Below are positions 8,228-17,845 of a stretch of 63,609 nucleotides of DNA, in pieces. Location: the IMG/VR virus record IMGVR_UViG_3300042892_001063, positions 1-63,609 of that record. The stretch is one strand, 5' to 3'. The DNA comes from a virus (lineage: Duplodnaviria > Caudoviricetes). Below the pieces are notes generated by a model that did no database searches, was not told the DNA's origin, and worked only from the letters and a program-made list of their open reading frames with translations. A program made the translations under genes and the position numbers. Each line of letters begins with the position of its first letter. Within the stretch, counting starts at the first letter, position 1.

Positions 8228-8488
8228 ATGGAACAGAATGAAACACTACAATCGTTTACGGCAAAAACATTAGATGCTATTGACGATGCAAAGAAGTTAT
8301 TAAGAGAGCATGGGTATTTTGTCGATAACTTATGGCAAACTTGTGACATCACAGACATTTGGGAATGTACAGAGGAACAGGCTCAGGAGTTATTATACAA
8401 GGCACTTACAAGTGAGTCAACAGTAGAGCAGATACACATTGCTGTTTGTTTTATGGCAGAAGATATGAACTTAAAAGAACTATCATAA
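8228..8488 (+). CDS. Hypothetical protein
   Basis: Start moved to 8228 (AAATCAAATG leader); the longer track ORF runs through the tRNA-like element. Confidence 0.7.
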   Translation: MEQNETLQSFTAKTLDAIDDAKKLLREHGYFVDNLWQTCDITDIWECTEEQAQELLYKALTSESTVEQIHIAVCFMAEDMNLKELS

Positions 8489-8490
8489 TT

Positions 8491-9285
8491 ATGAAAAACA
8501 TACACATATTACAACAAACAGATAAACCGAGTAGGTTACACGAATACGACTTCCTATCTCCAATGGGTTTATCAAAAGAACCTTTACAATGGAGATTGGG
8601 TAGAAACATCTACATCACTTCTGATGAAGAAATTAAAGAAGGAGATTGGTTTATAGATATTACTCTTACTAATAATGGTTTAATATATAAATCAGCAGGA
8701 TTTTCAAATTCTTTAGCGTATGAAGGTTGGGTAAAATCAACAACAAATATTATAAAAGAACCAAAAACTCAATGTAAAAAAATCATCCTAACAACAGACC
8801 AAGACTTAATCAAAGATAGTGTACAAGCTATTGATGATGAGTTTTTAGAATGGTTCATAAAAAATCCAAGTTGTGAGGAGGTTGAGGTTATTAAACATGT
8901 GGTAGATATGAGTATCTACGTGGATGATATTGAAAAGTGTAATGATACTAACTATGTAGAATACGAAATAATCATTCCAAAACAAGAATCTAAACAAGAA
9001 ACACTTGAAGAAGCTAAAAAACAACAGTTTAAGTATGATAACCTACAAGATGCTAAAGAAATTTCTTCACGCGTTAAAGTAGTTGAAACACTTGAAGAAG
9101 CTGCTGAAAGAATATATCCAAAAAACATTGTGAGTGATGGTTATGATACAAATTTTTTAGGTAGAGTTGGATTATATTTAGGTGCTAAATGGCAACAAGA
9201 TAAAATATGTGATTCAGAAGTAATACAAAGAATTAGAGGAACAAAATCAGATGCAGAAGCACGAAGAATTATTAGAACAATTTAA
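8491..9285 (+). CDS. Hypothetical mosaic phage protein
   Basis: MKNIHIL...IYITSDEEIKEGDW...KKIILTTD...ETLEEA twice. Confidence 0.75.
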   Translation: MKNIHILQQTDKPSRLHEYDFLSPMGLSKEPLQWRLGRNIYITSDEEIKEGDWFIDITLTNNGLIYKSAGFSNSLAYEGWVKSTTNIIKEPKTQCKKIILTTDQDLIKDSVQAIDDEFLEWFIKNPSCEEVEVIKHVVDMSIYVDDIEKCNDTNYVEYEIIIPKQESKQETLEEAKKQQFKYDNLQDAKEISSRVKVVETLEEAAERIYPKNIVSDGYDTNFLGRVGLYLGAKWQQDKICDSEVIQRIRGTKSDAEARRIIRTI

Positions 9286-9489
9286 AAAGAAATAAGATGA
9301 AAGAAATATTAGAAGTTATAGTAATATTATTTTTTATAATTGGTGTTTTTACGATTGCAGGAATAGTAATAGAATATTTAGTAAACAAATTTAGCAAGTA
9401 AAATGAAAGAAGACGAAGTGCCGTATTATAAATGGTGTTACGGAAAGTTTATATTAGTAGGTTATGTAATAAAAGATAAAAAGTAAATT

Positions 9490-9795
9490 ATGAAAGATTA
9501 TTTTGAATTAGAAGTTTGCGTAGAACAATGGGCAGAAGACAAAGGTATATTAGCTAAGGCTACACCTATGAAACAGGCAATGAAGACTCAAGAAGAGTTG
9601 ACTGAGTTGTGTAATGCTATCCTTGATAACGACAGGGAAGAGATTAAAGATGCTATTGGAGATATTGTGGTAACACTAATCATTCAAGCCAAGATGCAAG
9701 GTATGACTATCGAAGAATGTTTGAACGCTGCATACGATGTAATAAGTAAGCGAACAGGAGTTATGAGAAACGGACAGTTCGTAAAAGATAAGTAG
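9490..9795 (+). CDS. MazG-like nucleotide pyrophosphohydrolase
   Basis: KTQEELTEL...DAIGDIVVTL. Confidence 0.85.
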   Translation: MKDYFELEVCVEQWAEDKGILAKATPMKQAMKTQEELTELCNAILDNDREEIKDAIGDIVVTLIIQAKMQGMTIEECLNAAYDVISKRTGVMRNGQFVKDK

Positions 9796-9797
9796 AT

Positions 9798-10190
9798 ATG
9801 AATAGTGGCTGCTTTAAAAAAGGAAACAAACCTTGGAACTTAGGGCTAAAGGGAATGCATCTCAGTCCTGATACAGAGTTCAAGAAAGGAGAAAGGTTTG
9901 GTAAAGAACACTATAGTTGGAAAGGCGGTGTTCAATTAGTTAAGAATGATTGTGCATATCTTTATGAAGGAATAAACAAACGAGTCAGAAGACCCAAAAA
10001 AGTATATGAAGATGCTAATGGAAAAATTCCTAAAGGTTGGATTATATACCACTTAGATAAAGATAAGGACAATGACCAATTGGATAATCTAATAACTATT
10101 CCAAGAGCGATACTTGTTAAAATAAACGCAAACAGAATGAACGCAAATTATTATGAAATTAAAAAAGCAGTAGAAGAATATGGAAGATAA
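9798..10190 (+). CDS. HNH endonuclease-like protein (possibly degenerate)
   Basis: FKKGNKPWN N-terminal repeat; GKIPKGWIIYHLDKDKDNDQLDNL. Confidence 0.7.
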   Translation: MNSGCFKKGNKPWNLGLKGMHLSPDTEFKKGERFGKEHYSWKGGVQLVKNDCAYLYEGINKRVRRPKKVYEDANGKIPKGWIIYHLDKDKDNDQLDNLITIPRAILVKINANRMNANYYEIKKAVEEYGR

Positions 10191-10482
10191 AATAGTACAG
10201 TCAGTAGTTAATAAATACCAACAACGCTCAGCAGTTGGTCAAGAGAAGTATGGAGTTACATTAGAGCGTGATGATTTAAACTTCTTACAGTGGCTTACCC
10301 ACTTACAGGAAGAACTAATGGATGCATCGCTGTATATTGAGAAGCTAAAGTCAGAGTTAGAGAGTAGTCCTACTTTCCCCGATGGGCATGTCATAACAAA
10401 AGAGAGTTGGGATAACGCAAACAAGATTACACTAAATGGTTTTGTGTATGTAAAATTCACAGATTTAAAACTTTATAAATGA
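10180..10482 (+). CDS. Hypothetical protein, possibly all-alpha NTP pyrophosphatase fold
   Basis: RSAVGQEKYGVTL...WLTHLQEELMDASLY. Confidence 0.55.
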   Translation: MEDKIVQSVVNKYQQRSAVGQEKYGVTLERDDLNFLQWLTHLQEELMDASLYIEKLKSELESSPTFPDGHVITKESWDNANKITLNGFVYVKFTDLKLYK

Positions 10483-10569
10483 AATACAAAGTTTACGGAG
10501 CATTAATGTGGTTGCTGTTTATAGCAATCATAACACTATCATTATTATTAATAACAAATACAATTTAAA

Positions 10570-10914
10570 ATGACAATTCAAGACCAATTTAACTTAGAGT
10601 CAAGTAAAGAAAATCCAAACACTTTATTACTGTCAATACTGTCAAAAATATTAGACAGAGGTACAATTACTTTAGAAGAATGGAAATCATTAGGTAGGTT
10701 TATACCTAAAAAACAATTCCTTGACGAGAATCCAACAGGGGTAGTACTCGCATCTTGCGTAGAAGTAATACAATATCCGGGAGCACATTACATTCAAGTA
10801 ATGGAGTCAGGTACATTTAGATACAACTCAAAGATACATAGCAAAATACTTGACCAAGTTGAAGATATAGTATGGTTTTTAATATTTGAAAAACTTTGGT
10901 GTAATAAATGTTAG
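10570..10914 (+). CDS. Hypothetical protein
   Basis: 114 aa. Confidence 0.7.
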   Translation: MTIQDQFNLESSKENPNTLLLSILSKILDRGTITLEEWKSLGRFIPKKQFLDENPTGVVLASCVEVIQYPGAHYIQVMESGTFRYNSKIHSKILDQVEDIVWFLIFEKLWCNKC

Positions 10915-10943
10915 AAATTTGTATGGGATATGAATTTTTTTTG

Positions 10944-10951
10944 TATCTTTG
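10944..10951 (+). promoter_or_regulatory. -7 promoter element (TATCTTTG) for the replication/recombination operon
   Basis: TAnnTTTG with TTTG at 10918-10921. Confidence 0.65.
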
Positions 10952-10973
10952 TACTTTAATTAAATCAAATCAA

Positions 10974-11276
10974 ATGAAAGAAGATGTATTCAATCAATAC
11001 GTTGGAAAGGTATTAGACCTATTCAATATGGACAGAGAAACCTTTTTCTCAAAGTCAAAACAAAGGCATATAGTAGATGCAAGACAGTTAGTTTACTACC
11101 TATGCCATAAAAGACAAATTAAGTCTATTATCATACAAAGATTTATGGAGAATAATGGCGTTTCTATATTCAATAATTCAATTGCTAACGGAGTAAAAAA
11201 CGTTGAGATTAAACTTGAAGAAGATAGAGATTACAAAATCATTATCAACGACATAGAGAAAGCAGTTTTTATATAA
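10974..11276 (+). CDS. DnaA C-terminal-like HTH protein
   Basis: SKSKQRHIVDARQLVYYLC resembles DnaA domain IV; start after AAATCAAATCAAATG. Confidence 0.65.
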   Translation: MKEDVFNQYVGKVLDLFNMDRETFFSKSKQRHIVDARQLVYYLCHKRQIKSIIIQRFMENNGVSIFNNSIANGVKNVEIKLEEDRDYKIIINDIEKAVFI

Positions 11277-11294
11277 TTAATCAAATCAAATCAA

Positions 11295-11966
11295 ATGGAA
11301 TTAAAACAATCGACATTCGAGAAATTGTCAGCTATCAATGTGAACGCAAAGGTAGAAAAGAAAAGCGGTCTAACTTATTTAAGTTGGAGTTATGCTTGGA
11401 GTGAAATAAAAAAGAATTGCCCTGATGCTTCTTATCAAATTAAGGGAGACCCTATTACTCAGAAGCCATACTTCTACGATGAGAATCTTGGGTATATGGT
11501 AATGACAGAGGTAACAGTCGAAGGTAAATCATTAGAGATGTGGCTACCTGTTATGGATGGAGCTAACAAAGCTATGAAAGCTACGCCATATAGCTACATT
11601 ACAAGATACGGAGAGAAGTCAGTAGAAGCCGCTACAATGTTTGACATCAACAAAACATTAATGAGATGCTTGGTTAAGAACCTTGCTATGTTTGGTATGG
11701 GTATTTATATCTATGCAGGAGAAGACTTGCCTGATACGCCAACTGAACCTACAGCTCCTGTTGCAGCAGCCAATCTAAAGAAAGAAGAAGCTACTGAATT
11801 ACCTCAACTTATTAAAGATACCGACAATTGGATTAATGTAGTTAAATACGTTACAGCTAATAAAGAGTTAGGTATGGAGAAAATCGGAACGCAGTTAAAT
11901 CGTAAATACAAAATCAGTCCTGCTCTTAAGAAAGAAATAGCAATCATCATAAAAACAACAGCATAA
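11295..11966 (+). CDS. Sak-like single-strand annealing protein (DUF1071 type)
   Basis: LTYLSWSYAW, MWLPVMD, DINKTLMRCLVKNLAMFGMGIYIYAGEDLP. Confidence 0.85.
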   Translation: MELKQSTFEKLSAINVNAKVEKKSGLTYLSWSYAWSEIKKNCPDASYQIKGDPITQKPYFYDENLGYMVMTEVTVEGKSLEMWLPVMDGANKAMKATPYSYITRYGEKSVEAATMFDINKTLMRCLVKNLAMFGMGIYIYAGEDLPDTPTEPTAPVAAANLKKEEATELPQLIKDTDNWINVVKYVTANKELGMEKIGTQLNRKYKISPALKKEIAIIIKTTA

Positions 11967-12712
11967 TGGCAGTAGTAAACGAACAGATACTTGATTTATT
12001 AAGAAACGATACTGAGTATTACTCAGGTATCGGAAAGAATTATTTATCCAACTCAGACATCGGAACATTATTAGAGAACCCGAAAGAGTTCGGTAAACCA
12101 CGTGAAGATAATAAAGCGTTTGCTGAAGGCAGATACTTTCATCAATCTATCTTAGAACCTGAGAAGATTAAAGATGTATTGTTTGTTGATGTAAGTACTC
12201 GAACTACTAAGGAATACAAAGAGTTCTGCATAGCTAACAAATTACCGTTCTGTTTGCTTAAAAAGGAAATAGATGAAGTCAAGGGTCTTGTAAAGATTAT
12301 CAACGGTAATATCGCATTTTTTGAGGAGATATATAAAGACGGTAATCAGTTTGAGGTTCCTGCTGTTGGAGAGATTCAAGGTATGATGTGGAAAGGCAAA
12401 GCAGACATCGTGACTAACGAATGTGTGATTGACTTGAAGACCACGAGTGATATACAAAAGTTCAAGTGGAACGCTAAGAAATATAATTACGATTCACAGT
12501 GCTACATATACCAAAAACTATTCGGTAAGCCTTTAGTATTCTACGTTATTGACAAAGTAACAGGTATCCTTGCGGTATTTAAACCAACTGAGGAATTTGT
12601 AAAAGGCGGCGAGGAAAAAGTAGCACGAGCTATTGATATGTATCAGAGATACTTCTCAGCCAATCCTTCAGACGACATTGACAATTATTACATTGATGAA
12701 TTTTTATATTAA
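11966..12712 (+). CDS. RecE/ExoVIII-like PD-(D/E)XK exonuclease
   Basis: LSNSDI, GRYFH, KGKADI, IDLKTT, YDSQ. Confidence 0.85.
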   Translation: MAVVNEQILDLLRNDTEYYSGIGKNYLSNSDIGTLLENPKEFGKPREDNKAFAEGRYFHQSILEPEKIKDVLFVDVSTRTTKEYKEFCIANKLPFCLLKKEIDEVKGLVKIINGNIAFFEEIYKDGNQFEVPAVGEIQGMMWKGKADIVTNECVIDLKTTSDIQKFKWNAKKYNYDSQCYIYQKLFGKPLVFYVIDKVTGILAVFKPTEEFVKGGEEKVARAIDMYQRYFSANPSDDIDNYYIDEFLY

Positions 12713-12717
12713 GAGAT

Positions 12718-12894
12718 ATGAAATATTTAATCAGCGTAGTACTTACGTTTCTATCAGTATTAGCCTTTATGAAACTATTATTCTTGTTAAATAAAGGCAA
12801 TACTATTGCGAATATTTTCGCTATAATCGGAATATTCCTATTGGGATATTTAATAATCAAAACAAAATTATTCACTCAAATTAAATCAAAATGA
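12718..12894 (+). CDS. Small two-TM membrane protein (58 aa, not in ORF track)
   Basis: Two hydrophobic stretches; ATGA overlap with the SPFH gene. Confidence 0.65.
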   Translation: MKYLISVVLTFLSVLAFMKLLFLLNKGNTIANIFAIIGIFLLGYLIIKTKLFTQIKSK

Positions 12895-13733
12895 AAAAAT
12901 TAGCATTAGCATTTTTAGTAGCAATTTCAGTAGCATCTTGCACAACAGCCGACTCATCAGAAGTGGCATTAGTAGTTGACCAAATCGGTAACGACAAAGG
13001 AGTTCCAAATATTCAAATGGAATCAGGATTCATATTCTATTTCCCGCCAACACAGGATGTATTTATGTATCCAACATCAGTTCAGCATAAAGTTTGGACC
13101 GCAGACAATCAAGAGGGTTCAGAAACAGATGAACATATTGACGTAACCTCATCAGATGGGGCTACATTCGGACTTGATGTATCTGTAAACTTACAACTTC
13201 AAAGAGCAAGGGCGTCAGAGTTGTTTATCAAGTATAGAGTTGATATGAATGATTTAATAGATACAAGAGTAAGAACTATTGTTAGAAAAGAACTTTTAGA
13301 TAACGCTGTTAATTTCGCATCAGATAGTTTGTTACAACATAGAAACGTGTACGAAGCAAACGTAACAAAGACATTAGCTTTATCATTAGAGAAAGAAGGT
13401 TTTACACTTAATAATATTGCAATTTTAAAGATGGCATTACCATCATCATACAAGAAAGCTATTGAAAGAAAGATTGCCGTGTTGCAAGAAACAGCAACAA
13501 TCATCTCTCAAACTAAACAGGCAGAGCAGACAGCATTGAAGAAAGTAGCATTAGCTAAAGGTAACTACGAGGCAGCACAATACGATGCCAAAACAAAAGA
13601 AATCTTATCACAACCTAAATTACTTGAGTTATACAGAGCAGAGACAGAAAGAGTATGGGCAAATAAAGGTAAGTCTCCTTATGGTTCTAATAATGTATTT
13701 GGAACAGCATCAGGTATTCTTTTAAATAAATAG
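12891..13733 (+). CDS. SPFH/Band 7 domain lipoprotein
   Basis: Lipobox VASC; SSDGATFGLDVSV; C-terminal coiled coil. Confidence 0.85.
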   Translation: MKKLALAFLVAISVASCTTADSSEVALVVDQIGNDKGVPNIQMESGFIFYFPPTQDVFMYPTSVQHKVWTADNQEGSETDEHIDVTSSDGATFGLDVSVNLQLQRARASELFIKYRVDMNDLIDTRVRTIVRKELLDNAVNFASDSLLQHRNVYEANVTKTLALSLEKEGFTLNNIAILKMALPSSYKKAIERKIAVLQETATIISQTKQAEQTALKKVALAKGNYEAAQYDAKTKEILSQPKLLELYRAETERVWANKGKSPYGSNNVFGTASGILLNK

Positions 13734-13852
13734 ATATGTGGGATTTATTTTATAATTGGATAGCTCCAATCGGAATTACAGTTATGTTTCTTTTTATGAT
13801 AATTATGCTTATAGCTATCGTAAGAGATATGTATAATAATTATTAACAATAC

Positions 13853-13906
13853 ACCAAGCATAGCTTTAATCTCAGGGAGTTATGCTTGGTTCAAATAGAC
13901 TGAGAT
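13853..13906 (+). promoter_or_regulatory. H-type RNA pseudoknot in the ssb leader
   Basis: Stem 13853-13865/13878-13890; loop ATCTCAG pairs with CTGAGAT at 13900-13906. Confidence 0.65.
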
Positions 13907-13926
13907 AAACTAAATAAATTATTACA

Positions 13927-14244
13927 ATGGCACAAGACCAAGAAAAGATTTTTGCAGATGGATTCATCTTCAAAAGAAACGAGAAAGCACCTGACTTCGT
14001 AGTGGGTAGATTATCAATTAAAGTAGAAGATGCAATTGCATTTATGAAGAAACACGAGAAAAGCGGATGGGTAAACCTAAACGTAAAGACTGCTCGTAGT
14101 GGGAATTACTATATGGACTTGGATACTTTTCAAGCTAATGATAGTTCTCCTAAAGAAAGTGCTGTCGATAATTACAACAAAAAGGCAGAAACTAAACAAC
14201 AACCAACTATTCAAGAGGAGGAAGAAGAAGACCTCCCGTTTTAG
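13927..14244 (+). CDS. Single-stranded DNA-binding protein (putative)
   Basis: Acidic tail EEEEEDLPF; located between recombination genes and primase. Confidence 0.7.
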   Translation: MAQDQEKIFADGFIFKRNEKAPDFVVGRLSIKVEDAIAFMKKHEKSGWVNLNVKTARSGNYYMDLDTFQANDSSPKESAVDNYNKKAETKQQPTIQEEEEEDLPF

Positions 14245-14267
14245 TAACTTACTGATTACTAATTAGT

Positions 14268-14299
14268 TAAAAGAGGAATGTAACAGTTCCTCTTTTTTT
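14268..14299 (+). terminator. Rho-independent terminator
   Basis: AAAAGAGGAA...TTCCTCTTTT followed by a T run. Confidence 0.8.
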
Positions 14300-14471
14300 A
14301 CCAACGGTTCATACCGTAAATGACAATAAAATTTCCCTACTACTACTCTATAGAAATATATATATATTATTTTTTTTTAAAATAGAAAAAGAGAAAATAA
14401 TTGACATAAAAGACAGTAGTCCTGATTATCAATAAGTTAAGAAACAAAAAACGACATAAAATCGACACGAG

Positions 14472-16901
14472 ATGACGCACACAGTAACAATCTTCCAAAA
14501 CATACGAGATACGGACACTCCGTTCTTCAGGGATGTTAATATAATACTTGAGAGAATCAAAGATGGTACAGGTGCTACCAAAGACATTGTCAAACGCATC
14601 AGACAAGAAAAAAATAAATCAGAACGTAATGAGATTAAGAAATTACTACCCGCTATTTGTTTCAGCGGTACGTTTAATAAAAGATTAGATAACGCATTGG
14701 ACCAACACTCAGGACTTGTATGTTTGGATTTTGATGGGTATTCAAAACAAAAAGAGTTATTGCAAGACAAAGAGACTATATCGAAAAACAAATATGTATT
14801 TTCAGTATTCATATCTCCTTCAGGTAATGGTTTAAAAGTATTGGTTAAGATTCCTGCTGATGCAGACAATCATACAAACTACTTCAATAGCTTAGAAAAG
14901 CATTTTAATAGCCCTTATTTCGACAAAACAAGTAAAAACCTTAGTCGAGTATGCTACGAGTCTTATGACCCTTTAATTCACGTTAATGAGAACTCTTCTG
15001 TTTGGGATATAATTGAAGAACCTGAATACGTTGAAGTAAATAGAGTTAGAGACCAAGCAACTATACCAATCTCAGATGAGAATAAAATTGTTGAGATACT
15101 TGTTAAGTGGTGGGAGAAGAAATATCCTATGCAAGAAGGTCAGCGTAATCACAATGCGTATATACTTGCTATGGCTTTCAATGATTTTGGTGTTAACAAA
15201 AGTCTTGCAGCTTATATCTTAAATCAATTTGCTACTGCTGACTTCTCAATTTCAGAGATAGCTATTACAATTGATTCAGCTTATAAGCATACTGCTAACT
15301 TCGGCACTAAGTATTATGAAGATGAGGAGCGTATCAATCAGATACGTGCAAAGCTAAGACGAGGTGTATCAAAAAAGGAAATTCGCTACCAACTGCAAGA
15401 CTCCAATTTGGATAGCGATACTATCGATGCTGTGCTAAATAAAGTTGAGGATGAAAATTCTAAAATGACATTTTGGACAAAGAACGATAAAGGAGTTATA
15501 AAAATAGAGCACATACTGTTCAAGCAATTCCTTGAGGACTCAGGCTTCTATAAGTTCTGTCCTGAAGGTAGTAGGAATTATGTATTTGTAAAGGTTACTA
15601 ACAATCTTATTGACCATACATCAGAGAAAGAGATTAAGGATTTTGTTCTTACACATTTGTTAGAGTTAGATGATTACAGTATATACAATTACTTCGCAGA
15701 CAATACGAGATACTTCAAGGATGATTTTTTATCAATGCTATCAACGATTGACATATACTTTATCGCAGATAAGAAAGACTCAGCGTACTTGTATTATAAA
15801 AACTGTGCTGTAAAGATTACTAAAGATGGTATCTTGATTATTGACTACTTAGACTTAGGTGGATATGTATGGAAAGACCACGTGATTGATAGGAACTTTA
15901 GTCTTTGTCCTGTTACAGGTAAATGTGATTTCAAACAGTTTATATCGAACATAAATGGCAACGATGAGAACAGGATAAAAACAATGGAGAGTACGATAGG
16001 ATTTCTTCAACACGGATACAAGAACTTATCTTTCTGTCCTGCTGTAATTCTAAACGATGAGGTTATTAGCGACAATCCTGAAGGAGGAACAGGAAAGGGA
16101 TTAGTTATGAACGCCCTTAGTAATATGAAGAAGCTCGTAGTAATTGACGGTAAGTCATTTAATTTTGAGAAGTCATTCCCTTATCAGTTGGTATCGGCAG
16201 ATACGCAGATACTTTGCTTTGATGATGTCAAGAAACATTTTGATTTCGAGAGACTGTTCAGTGTGATTACTGAGGGGTTGACATTAGAGAAGAAGAATAA
16301 AGACGCTATCAAGATACCATTCAACAAATCTCCAAAAGTTGCAATAACAACTAACTACGCAATCAAAGGTGCAGGGAACTCATTTGCGAGACGAAAATGG
16401 GAATTAGAACTACATCAGTATTACACATTAGATTTCACGCCAAGAGACGATTTTGGAAAGATGATGTTTGGAGATTGGAATGATGATGATTGGTGTGAGT
16501 TTGACAATTATATGATTGGGTGCTTGAGCTATTATCTTACTTACGGATTAGTTAAGTCTAAGTTTGTGAACTTAAAGATTAGACAGTTATCAGCAGAGAC
16601 TTGCCACGAGTTTATCGAGTGGGTTGGGTTGGTAGATAACAACGACAAAAGTACTGCGCTTCCTACAAATGTTAGACTATATAAGAACGAGTTGTACCAT
16701 ACGTTTGTCGATGAGTATCCTGACTACGGTTCAAGAGGTAAGATGACAATTAGTAGGACAAAGTTCTACAAATGGCTGATAGCTTATGCTATATACAAAG
16801 AAGGACTAATGCCTGAAGAGGACCGAGACCACTTGGGTAGATGGATAATTATTAAGAAGAGAGCAGATAACGAAACACAAATTCAATTAAATAAAGAATG
16901 A
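14472..16901 (+). CDS. Primase-helicase (VirE-N/BT4734-like N-terminus, PriCT, P-loop helicase)
   Basis: LPAICFSG, CLDFD, FISPSGNGLK, EGQRNH, Walker A GGTGKG, FDD. Confidence 0.85.
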   Translation: MTHTVTIFQNIRDTDTPFFRDVNIILERIKDGTGATKDIVKRIRQEKNKSERNEIKKLLPAICFSGTFNKRLDNALDQHSGLVCLDFDGYSKQKELLQDKETISKNKYVFSVFISPSGNGLKVLVKIPADADNHTNYFNSLEKHFNSPYFDKTSKNLSRVCYESYDPLIHVNENSSVWDIIEEPEYVEVNRVRDQATIPISDENKIVEILVKWWEKKYPMQEGQRNHNAYILAMAFNDFGVNKSLAAYILNQFATADFSISEIAITIDSAYKHTANFGTKYYEDEERINQIRAKLRRGVSKKEIRYQLQDSNLDSDTIDAVLNKVEDENSKMTFWTKNDKGVIKIEHILFKQFLEDSGFYKFCPEGSRNYVFVKVTNNLIDHTSEKEIKDFVLTHLLELDDYSIYNYFADNTRYFKDDFLSMLSTIDIYFIADKKDSAYLYYKNCAVKITKDGILIIDYLDLGGYVWKDHVIDRNFSLCPVTGKCDFKQFISNINGNDENRIKTMESTIGFLQHGYKNLSFCPAVILNDEVISDNPEGGTGKGLVMNALSNMKKLVVIDGKSFNFEKSFPYQLVSADTQILCFDDVKKHFDFERLFSVITEGLTLEKKNKDAIKIPFNKSPKVAITTNYAIKGAGNSFARRKWELELHQYYTLDFTPRDDFGKMMFGDWNDDDWCEFDNYMIGCLSYYLTYGLVKSKFVNLKIRQLSAETCHEFIEWVGLVDNNDKSTALPTNVRLYKNELYHTFVDEYPDYGSRGKMTISRTKFYKWLIAYAIYKEGLMPEEDRDHLGRWIIIKKRADNETQIQLNKE

Positions 16902-16902
16902 T

Positions 16903-17079
16903 ATGGAAGAACCTAAAATTTACAGTCAAAAAGAAGTTCTAAAAAACATTAATATCTTCAGAGACAGAGAAGATGAGTTATTATTACAACGCAAAGAACT
17001 GAACAAAACATTATTCAAAGTAAGAAAGCAAAAAGAATATTGGAAAACATTAGATATTAGTCAACTAAAATTAATTTAA
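16903..17079 (+). CDS. Small coiled-coil protein (58 aa, not in ORF track)
   Basis: 1 nt after the primase stop; ends SQLKLI. Confidence 0.6.
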   Translation: MEEPKIYSQKEVLKNINIFRDREDELLLQRKELNKTLFKVRKQKEYWKTLDISQLKLI

Positions 17080-17355
17080 TTATGTCAAGATATTTTAAAC
17101 CAATTACAAGAATTAAAAAAGTAATGGACTTCTACTACAAAAGAGGAGTCAATTCAGAGAGAGTTAATGAATTATATCGTAAAATTTTAAAAATAATAGA
17201 ATGATATTATACAGACAGAAAAGCGAGAGCAAAGATGAGTACATTATCAGGTTTATGAATGATATTGATATGACCTTACAGCATCCTGATTTCAAGGAAC
17301 GCTATGAGGTTTGTATTTCAAATTTAAGATTAGAAAAACCAAAACGTAAAAGAAT

Positions 17356-17568
17356 ATGAAAGTAACAAAAGTACAGAGACTTCATCATCTATTAGATAGT
17401 TTAGAAGTGGAAGAAGGAATTAATATACGCAAGTATGTATTAGATAATTGGGGCAGGTTTGACCATTACACCAAGAGGTCATTTGATGTGGTTGTATGTA
17501 ACACAAAGAAGTTAATGCCGCATAAGAAGTTCGACTCACGTTCAAAAGAAATAATCAGAACACTATGA
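17356..17568 (+). CDS. Hypothetical protein
   Basis: 70 aa. Confidence 0.65.
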   Translation: MKVTKVQRLHHLLDSLEVEEGINIRKYVLDNWGRFDHYTKRSFDVVVCNTKKLMPHKKFDSRSKEIIRTL

Positions 17569-17641
17569 AGAGACAATTGTTTAACATATTACTCAATGTA
17601 ATATACTTCGCAATAATAACACTAATTTTAGCATACACACT

Positions 17642-17845
17642 ATGACACCAAAAGAAAAAGCATTAGATTTAATGGATAGTTTTATCCAAAGAACTAGAAA
17701 CAAATGGGAATCATCAATGAGTTATAAACGGGCAAAACAATGTGCATTAATAGCAGTTGATGAGTTAATAAATGATAGATTAAATTCAAATATCCTTTAT
17801 CCATCATATTGGCAAGAAGTTAAACAAGAAATAGAAAAATTATGA
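17642..17845 (+). CDS. Hypothetical protein (MTPKEKA family)
   Basis: MTPKEKA...AKQCALIAVDE...YWQEVKQEIEKL. Confidence 0.75.
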   Translation: MTPKEKALDLMDSFIQRTRNKWESSMSYKRAKQCALIAVDELINDRLNSNILYPSYWQEVKQEIEKL

